In this document: piece after piece, positions 49,856 to 64,000 of the stretch
Layout: every line of letters starts with the position of its first letter
Position numbering within the stretch: the stretch's first letter is position 1
DNA from: the human T2T-CHM13v2.0 reference genome, Homo sapiens
Strand: one strand, 5' to 3'
DNA length: 64,000 bases
Assembly: GCF_009914755.1 (NCBI RefSeq)
Contig: NC_060935.1
Program-made: the position numbers and the translations under genes
The notes under the pieces: generated by a model
Seen by the model: only the letters and a program-made list of their open reading frames with translations
Told to the model about the DNA's origin: nothing
Databases searched by the model: none

Positions 49856-50216
49856 TGAAGCCCAGGATACAGCTCTAGACAACAGGATATAGGAAGGAAC
49901 CCAGAAGCAAAACCTCCTCCTGTGGAAAGGGGTGGAGTCTTCCTTAGGAAGAGAGAAGTCGCCTTCCTTAGAGACTAGGAAGGAAGTTCATGGACACATG
50001 CAGGGTGAACCTGAGGACCAGAAGAGGAGAAGAATCCATGAAGATGCCATCCTTGAGAAGATCAAGAGATGTACTGCTTTACTGCATGCTACAAGGGAAT
50101 GAATGGCTAAGTGAGCCTGAATTGTAATTTCTGTCTCTTTTATAATGTAAATTCCTTCTGAAAATGCCATAATTCCATGTTTTCCAAGCATTAGTATTCA
50201 TGGGAATCACCTATAG

Positions 50217-50565
50217 CAGTGGTCCCCAACCTTTTTGGCACCAGGGTCTGGCTTCATGGAAGACAATTTTTCCACAGACAGGGTTGGGGGGACGTAGGAT
50301 CGGGGGACCGATGGCTTTGAGATGAAACTCTTCCACCTCAGATCATCAGGCATTAGATTCTCATAAAGAACATGCAACCTAGATCCCTCAAATGCACAGT
50401 TACAATAGGGTTCACGCTCCTGTGAGAATCTACTGCTACTGCTGATCTGAAAGGAGGCAAAGCTTAGGTGGTAATGGCTCACCACCCCCATCACCTGCTG
50501 TGTACCCAGTGCCTAACAGGTGACAGACCCATACTGGTCTGCAGCTCTGGGTTCAGGGATCCCTG
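50217..50565 (+). mobile_element. MER1B-like hAT-Charlie non-autonomous DNA transposon
   Basis: CAGTGGTCCCCAACCTTTTTGGCACCAGG...GGGATCCCTG termini; degenerate 8-bp TSD ACCTATAG/ACCTCTAT. Confidence 0.85.
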
Positions 50566-51087
50566 ACCTCTATTTGTTGTAAATATAATTCCTAGAATCC
50601 TTCTATAGAGTCTGAATTAGTAGAAAAGGCAGACAGCTGTGGTTTATCCTGTTCAGCATCCTTCACCCTCTCTTTTGGAATACTTCTGGGAAACAAACTG
50701 GAGGACAAAATCCATAAGGACTTATTCATTAGCTCCCATCCCCATCAGTCAGTGATGGCCCCAAGGCATCGATTCTGCCACTTCTAGGATGCACGTGTGC
50801 TAGCGCTGAGCAGGCAAGAGTCCCACACTGAAGTATCAGAGAAGCTCCAGGGCAAAAAGCAAGAGGCACCAGGTGTGGGCCAGGTGCAATCACACTGCAC
50901 CCATGCCAAGGCAGCAGAGCCTGCATAGAACTGGCGGTAGCAGCTGTGGCTTGAAAAAGAGGCATGGGCTGGGCGCTGTGGCTCACACCTGTAATCCCAG
51001 CACTTTGGGAGGCCGAGGCGGGCAGATCACCTGAGGTCACGAGTTGGAGACCAGCCTGGCCAACATGTTGAAACCCCATCTCTACTA

Positions 51088-51479
<392 letters not shown>

Positions 51480-51591
51480 TAGCCAGGATGGTCTCGATCT
51501 CCTGACCTCGTGATCCACCCGCCTTGGCCTCCCAAAGTGCTGGGATTACAGGCGTGAGCCACCACACCTGGCACTGTCTCATATCTCATAC

Positions 51592-51594
<3 letters not shown>

Positions 51595-51630
<36 letters not shown>
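51595..51630. repeat. (CA)n microsatellite
   Basis: Read directly from the sequence. Confidence 0.95.
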
Positions 51631-51633
<3 letters not shown>

Positions 51634-51835
51634 GTATGGCCAAGAGGATTTGAAGTAATGCACAAGAGATTTCCCATATGCTCCACTTCTTCCAGCTCTC
51701 AGCCCTGCATGGGCCCTCCATTAAGACCAATCCATCACAAGAAGATGTGTAGGACCAGCTATGTTCATTACCTTCCTCCGCTATTCCCCTTCTCAGTCTC
51801 TCTCACCTACACCCAACATTTTGTTTAATGGGTAA

Positions 51836-52348
<513 letters not shown>

Positions 52349-52523
52349 TAAGCAATTCTCTGCCTCAGCCTCAGGAGTAGCTGGGATTACAGGCGCGTGC
52401 CACCACACCCGACTAATTTTTTGTATTTTTAGTAGAGACGGGGTTTCACCATCTTGGCCAGGCTGGTCTGGAACTCCTGACCTCATGATCCACCCACCTC
52501 GGCCTCCCAAAGTGCTGGGATTA

Positions 52524-54995
<2,472 letters not shown>

Positions 54996-55103
54996 ACCTG
55001 AAAGTCTCAGGCTGGGCACGGTGGCTCACGCCTGTAATCCTAGCACTTTGGGAGGCTGAGGCGGGCGGATCACGAGGTCAGGAGAGCGAGACCATTCTGA
55101 CTA

Positions 55104-55398
<295 letters not shown>

Positions 55399-56112
55399 TT
55401 ATCTCCATAAAATTTATTTATGTATTTATCTATTTATTTAATTAATTTTTGAGATGGCTCTCTCTGTCGCTCAGGCTGGAATGCAGTGTCTCAATCTCGG
55501 CTTACTGCAACTTCCGCCTCCTGGGTTCAAGCAGTGACTCTCCTACCTCAGCCTCCTGAGTAGCTGGGATTACAGGTGCCCGCCACCATGCCCAGCTGAT
55601 TTTTTTTACTTTTAGTAAAGACAGGGTTTCACCATGTTCAACACGCTGGTCTCGACCTCCTGACCTCAGGTGATCCGCCCACCTCGGTCTCCCAAAGTGC
55701 TGGGATTACGGGCATGAGCCACCACGCCAGGCCCATACTTTTTTTTTTTTTTTTTTTTTGAGACGGAGTCTCACTCTATCACCCAAGCTGGAGTGCAGTG
55801 GTGTGATCTCAGCTCACTGCAACCTCTGCCTTCAGGGTTTTAAGCATTTCTCTCTGCCTCAGCCACCCGAGTAGCTGGGATTACAGGTGCTCACCACCAC
55901 GCCCGGCTAATTTTTGTATTTTTAGTAAAGACAGGGTTTCACCATGTTGGCCAGGCTGGTCTTAAACTCCTGACCTCAGGTGATCCACCCACCTAGGCCT
56001 CCCAAAGTGCTGGGATTCCAGGTGTGAGCCACTGCACCCGGCCTGCCAGGCCCATAAAATTAAAAAAAAAAAAGGGGGCGGGGGGGATTTGGGGAGAGAA
56101 TGCAGTGTCTGG

Positions 56113-56615
56113 AGTATTAGTCAGCTTTTTGTTGTGGCAATGTTGTGTAACCAACAACCCTGGAACTTAGTCATTTACGGCAGCAAACATTTCTTTCTTA
56201 TAGGTCTGTAGGTCAACTGTGGCTGCACTAGGCTAGCTGGGCTCAACTGTACTTGGCCCAGCTGTACTGTGAGTTAGGTTCCAGTCTACTCCAGGTGTCT
56301 CTCATTCCAGGACCCAAGCTGAAGAAGCAGCATATCCCTAGGGCATGCTCTTCTCAGATGGATGGCACACGCAATAGAAACCAAGCACACACCATACAAT
56401 TACTACAACGCCTCAGCTAAGATTACTGCTTACTTCATGTCTGTTCACGCCCCATTGGCCAAGGCAAGTCACATGGTCACGTCCACAGTCACAAGGGTGG
56501 GGAAACATTCACTGTCTCATTTGAGGCACTGAAAAGCAAGGTAATGGGGCTGGACATATAATCTAATTATAGGAGGGGGTGGGATAGCTGGAAACAATAA
56601 GCCAACCAACTCAGA
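56113..56615 (-). mobile_element. MLT1-type MaLR LTR
   Basis: gtattagtcagc...ccattggccaaggcaagtcacatgg motif typical of MLT1. Confidence 0.65.
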
Positions 56616-56640
56616 ACAAATGCTTGCCATTCTTGCTCTA

Positions 56641-57200
<560 letters not shown>

Positions 57201-57309
57201 TAGTAGAGACGGGGTTTCATCATGTTGGCTGGGCTGGTCTCAAACTCCTGACCTCAGGTGATCCACCCGCCTCGGGCCTCCCGAAGTGCAGGGATTACAG
57301 GCGTGATAG

Positions 57310-57612
<303 letters not shown>

Positions 57613-58076
57613 TAGAAATGGCATTTTAAATTCTGATTATAAAAGCAAAAATATCAGACAATACAGGATACTTTAACAAAAAAGTAGGAACAGCTTCCAG
57701 GAATAATTCTATGCCCGCCAATCTGACTCACCTCATTTTATTACACCAACGTGCAGGGCAGAAAGTCATTTGGTGATACGAGGATGTAAACAGTGCCTAG
57801 CATTGAACACACACGTGGACAGAGGAGGAGAAACAGGTTTGACATGTACAGAGCTAGAAGCTAGTCTGTGGGAATTAGTGGCCCATCTCCTGCCATGTGG
57901 AAAAAGACAGGCTGCAGGAAAGGGAGTATGGCTGATGTACACAAACAGAGGCAGAGACTGGGGGTGAAAAGAACGTCCTGGTAGCATTTATGTCCTGGGT
58001 CCGGTTATTCCTAAAGTCGGCCTGTATCCCTGCCCTTCCCACAATTGGGCATTCAGCCCTTCCTTCAGTTCCATGA

Positions 58077-58334
<258 letters not shown>

Positions 58335-59010
58335 TGATCTGCCCACCTCGGTGTCCCAAAGTGCTGGGGTTACAGGTGTCAGCCACTACGCCCAGCCAAT
58401 TTTTATATTTTTAATAGAGATGAGGTTTTGTCTTGTTGTCCAGGCTGGTCTGGAACTCCTGACTTCAGGTGATCCACCCACGTCAGCCTCCCAAACTACT
58501 GGGATTACAGGCGTGAGCCATCACACCTGACCTTGAGCTAGTTTAGATTGAGAGTTCTGCAACAAGAACCCTAAAATGTGGCCACCCAGCTGGTGCTAAC
58601 ACCACAGATTCTGGGCTGATGCTGCAACTATAAAGATGGACAAAAACTGGTCCTGCAAACAAATAATTACAGCACAACGTGCCAAGTTTCATAACAGTGG
58701 GGTTCCAACGGATGTGGGACCAAGAGATGGACTTCTGACCACACACAACAACTGAATAAAATTTCACCAAGGAGTGCTAAGTTTTAGGGGCTGAACTGAT
58801 ACCAACATTGCTGTTAGGTCATTACTTTTCTTCTTTTGGATGACTTTAGGATAAGCTGGCAATAGGATTACTGAGCTGAAGAGCATGGCTATATATTTAT
58901 TATGGCTTTTGCTAAAGACCACTACTAAATGCCAAGCCAGTTAAGAGTGAAGCCCCCCTGCCCTTACCTAGGCTTCAGACAGCCCTCTCCTCACTTGGAG
59001 CTGGGTCTAG

Positions 59011-59163
<153 letters not shown>

Positions 59164-59676
59164 TGAGTAGCCGGAACTACAGGTGCGTGCCACCACCTGT
59201 AATTTTTGTATTTTTACAAAAATTAGCAGCCTGGCTAATTTTTGTATTTTTAGTAGAGATGAGGTTTCACCATATTGGCCAGGCTGCTCTCGAACTCCTG
59301 ACCTCGTGATCCGCCTGCCTCAGACTCCCAAAGTGCTGGGATTATAGGCATGAGCCACCACGCCCGGCCCCCATATTTCAATATCCCCACAGCTATTCCC
59401 ACTTGAGGCAGTCCACTCGCTGTCTCAGCTTGTCACTGGTGTCCTAAAATGCTACCAACAATAAAAGCTGTGCCAAAAGGAAATGCTTCCTCCAGCTTGG
59501 GCCTCCAGCCTAGGGGACACCATGGGGAGTGGCCTGGAGCAACTATTTGCTGGGACAGAAGCCATTGGTTCTCCACTCTTCCTGTTTTCAGTCTGTCCTG
59601 CCCCGTCCTAGGAATCTCATGTCTCAAGGCCAAATTCGCTAAGTCAAAAGACGAGTTACAGACATAACTTAGATTA

Positions 59677-59925
<249 letters not shown>

Positions 59926-60139
59926 TCACCAGGTCAGGAGTTCCAGACCAGCCTGGCCAATATGGTGAAACCTCATCTCTACGAAAAATACAAACAATTA
60001 GCCAGGCGCAGTGGCTCACGCCTGTAATCCCAGCACTTTGGGAGGCTGAGGTGGGTGGATCACAAGGTCAGGAGATCAAGACCATCCTGGCTAACACGGT
60101 GAAACCCCATCTCTACTAAAAATACAAAAAAATTAGCTA

Positions 60140-60259
<120 letters not shown>

Positions 60260-61199
60260 CTACAGAGCAAGACTCTGTCTCAAAAAAAAAAAAAAAAAAT
60301 ACAAACAATTAGCTGGGCATGGTAGCGCGCACCTGTAATCCTAGCTACTCAGGAGGTTGGGGCAGGAGAACTGCTTGAACCCAGGAGGCAGAGGCTGCGG
60401 TGAGCAGAGATCGTGCCACTGCACTCTAGCCTGGGCGACAGAGCAAGACTCCACCTCAAAAATATATATGTAATAATAACAATAAATTAAATAAATAAAT
60501 TCCAATTCTTGGCCAGGCACAGTGACTCACACTTGTAATCCCAGCACTTTGGGAGGCTGAGGCGGGAGGATCGCTTGAGCCCAGGAGTTCGAGGCTGTGG
60601 TGAGCTATGATTTCGCCACTGTACTCCAGGCTGGGTGACAGAGCCAGACTCTGCCTCTACAACAAACAAACAAACAAAAATTTGATTCCTGTATATGGCA
60701 CTTTCTATGTAGCTGTGTAGCTGGTGGAGGAGAATTCCTGGAATTCCTAATAACTCCACTGAAGATGGTCTGGAGTCTTCCCTCAGAGCTCAGCGCAGAG
60801 AAGGTTTGCTCAGCAGAGCAGGTATGCAAGGCAGAAGGCCTGGCTTTGCAGGCCGACCAATTCGCTTCTGTGACTTTCATGTTGTTTGATTTGGTTTCTT
60901 CATCTAAGCATTGCAGTGTTTAAGAGCAAGGACAGGGGATAGAGCTAGGGTTGGGTCCTGCCTTAGCAACTAGCCACATTTCATTAAATCTAGGACATCA
61001 TGGTTTGCAAGATGAACCATTATTTTATGTATCCCCAAAGAAAAAAATACTGCCAAACTATGACAATGATCTCTTATCACTTGGAATTTTATTTTACGTT
61101 TATTAAAAGAGCTCTTTTGGCCAGACTCGGTGGCTCATGCCTGTAATCCCATCACTGTGGGAGGCCGAGGTGGGTAGATCACTTGAAGTCAGGAGTTCA

Positions 61200-61495
<296 letters not shown>

Positions 61496-61612
61496 TCACT
61501 TGAGATCAGGAGTTCGAGATTAGCTTGGCCAACATGGTGAAACCCCATCTCTACTAAAAATACAAAAAATTAGCCGGGTGTGATGGCGGACGCCTGTAAT
61601 CACAGGTACTCA

Positions 61613-62089
<477 letters not shown>

Positions 62090-62254
62090 TGACACCACGC
62101 CCAGCTAATTTTTTGTATTTTTAGTAGAGATGGGGTTTCACCATGTTAGCCAGGATGGTCTCGATCTCCTGATCTCATGATCCACCCACCTCGGCCTCCC
62201 AAAGTGCTGGGATTACAAGCATGAGCCACCACGCCCGGCCTTTTTTTTTTTTGA

Positions 62255-62359
<105 letters not shown>

Positions 62360-62402
62360 TGAGTAGCTGGGATTACAGGGGCCCACCACCAGACCCGACT
62401 GA

Positions 62403-62723
<321 letters not shown>

Positions 62724-64000
62724 TAGTAGAGACAGGGTTTCACCATGTTGGCCACGCTGGTCTCGAACTCCGAATCTCAGGTGATCCAACCGCCTTGACT
62801 TCCCAAAGTGCTGGGATTACAGGCGTGCGCCACCACGCCCAGCCATCCAGCTAATTTTTGTATTTTTTGTAGCAACTGGGTTTGGACATGTTAGCCAGGC
62901 TGGTTGCGAACTCCTGGCCTCCCGCCTTGACCTCCCAAAGTGCTGGGATTATAGGTGTGAGCCACTGCACCTGGCCCTAGATTTGTTGATATTTTAACAT
63001 AGGTTTTCATGATATATCACTCTTCATATACATGAAAATGTAGGCAAAATAAATTGGTTGGGGTTGTCAAAGCCCTGTGACCAAGGACCACCAGGAACAC
63101 ACTTGTAACCAAAATTAGGTTTAATTTGCTGCAGTGAAGGAGAATACATCCCAGGGAAACCCTCAAGGCACCCTCAGGAAACTCCTTAAATTTGGCCTCG
63201 TTCCCATAGTTCTATGGAAGAATTAGGGAAATGGAACTGGTTCAGGATTGAATGCTGTCAAGAAACAGGGGCAGTTCAGAAACTGGGTATCTTTTTTTTT
63301 TTTTTTTGGAGATGGAGTCTCGCTCTGTCACCCAGGCTGGATTGCGGTGGCGCAATCTCGACTCACTACAACCTCTGCCTCCCGGGTTCAAGTGATCAGC
63401 CCGCCTTGGCCTCCCAAAGTGCTGAGATTACAGGTGTAAGCCACCACGCCCAGCCTGGACTACAGTAATTTTTGCTAAAGAGAAATAGCAATTGCTCCAA
63501 AAAAGGTGAAGTCAGGCCGGGCACAGTAGCGCACACCTACTTTCCAGCACTTTGGGAGGCTGAGGCAGGTGGATTGCTTGAGTCCAGCCTGGACAACATG
63601 GTGAAACCCCATCTCTAAAAAAAAAAAAATTCTTTTTTTAAAAAAAGGCAAAGTCGGCCAGGAGCAGCGGCTCACACCTATAATCCCAGCACTTTGGGAG
63701 GCCGAGACAAGCGGATCACCTGAGGTCGGAGTTCGAGACCAGCCTGACCAACATGGAGAAACCCCGTCTCTACTAAAAATACAAAATTAGCCAGGTGTGA
63801 TGGCGCATGCCTGTAATCCCAGCTACTCGGCAGGCTGAGGCAGGAGAATCTTGAACCTGGGAGGCGGAGGTTGTAGTGAGCTGAGATTGCGCCATTGCAT
63901 TCCAGCCTGGGCAACAAGAACAAAACTCCGTTTTAAAAAGAAAAAAAAAGGCCGGAAGCAGTAGCTCGCGCCTGTAATCCCAGCACTTTGAGAGGCCGAG

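Overview
This is primate genomic DNA, very probably human 11q13.1, recognised from the encoded proteins. The first ~13.3 kb holds the last six coding exons and 3' UTR of RTN3 (+ strand, reticulon homology domain). The complete ZFTA/C11orf95 gene follows on the - strand, tail-to-tail with RTN3. I reconstruct ZFTA as 5 coding exons (139+498+387+561+452 nt = 2037 nt, 678 aa) with four atypical C-x2-C-x14-H-x4-H zinc fingers, one per exon and all introns phase 1. It has a CpG-island promoter at ~21.5-23.3 kb. The remaining ~40 kb is intergenic and extremely Alu-dense, with old L1, MaLR/ERV LTRs and hAT MITEs. The most notable observations are: a CRISPR-mimicking array of 31-bp hairpin cores separated by GGA spacers at 25.2-25.6 kb; a perfect p53 response element in an LTR10-type LTR; an overlapping upstream ORF in ZFTA; convergent poly(A) signals 44 bp apart; and a frameshifting RTN3 exon flanked by inverted Alus. 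I found no clearly new biological system. Repeat subfamily names are from recall of consensus sequences, not from a search.
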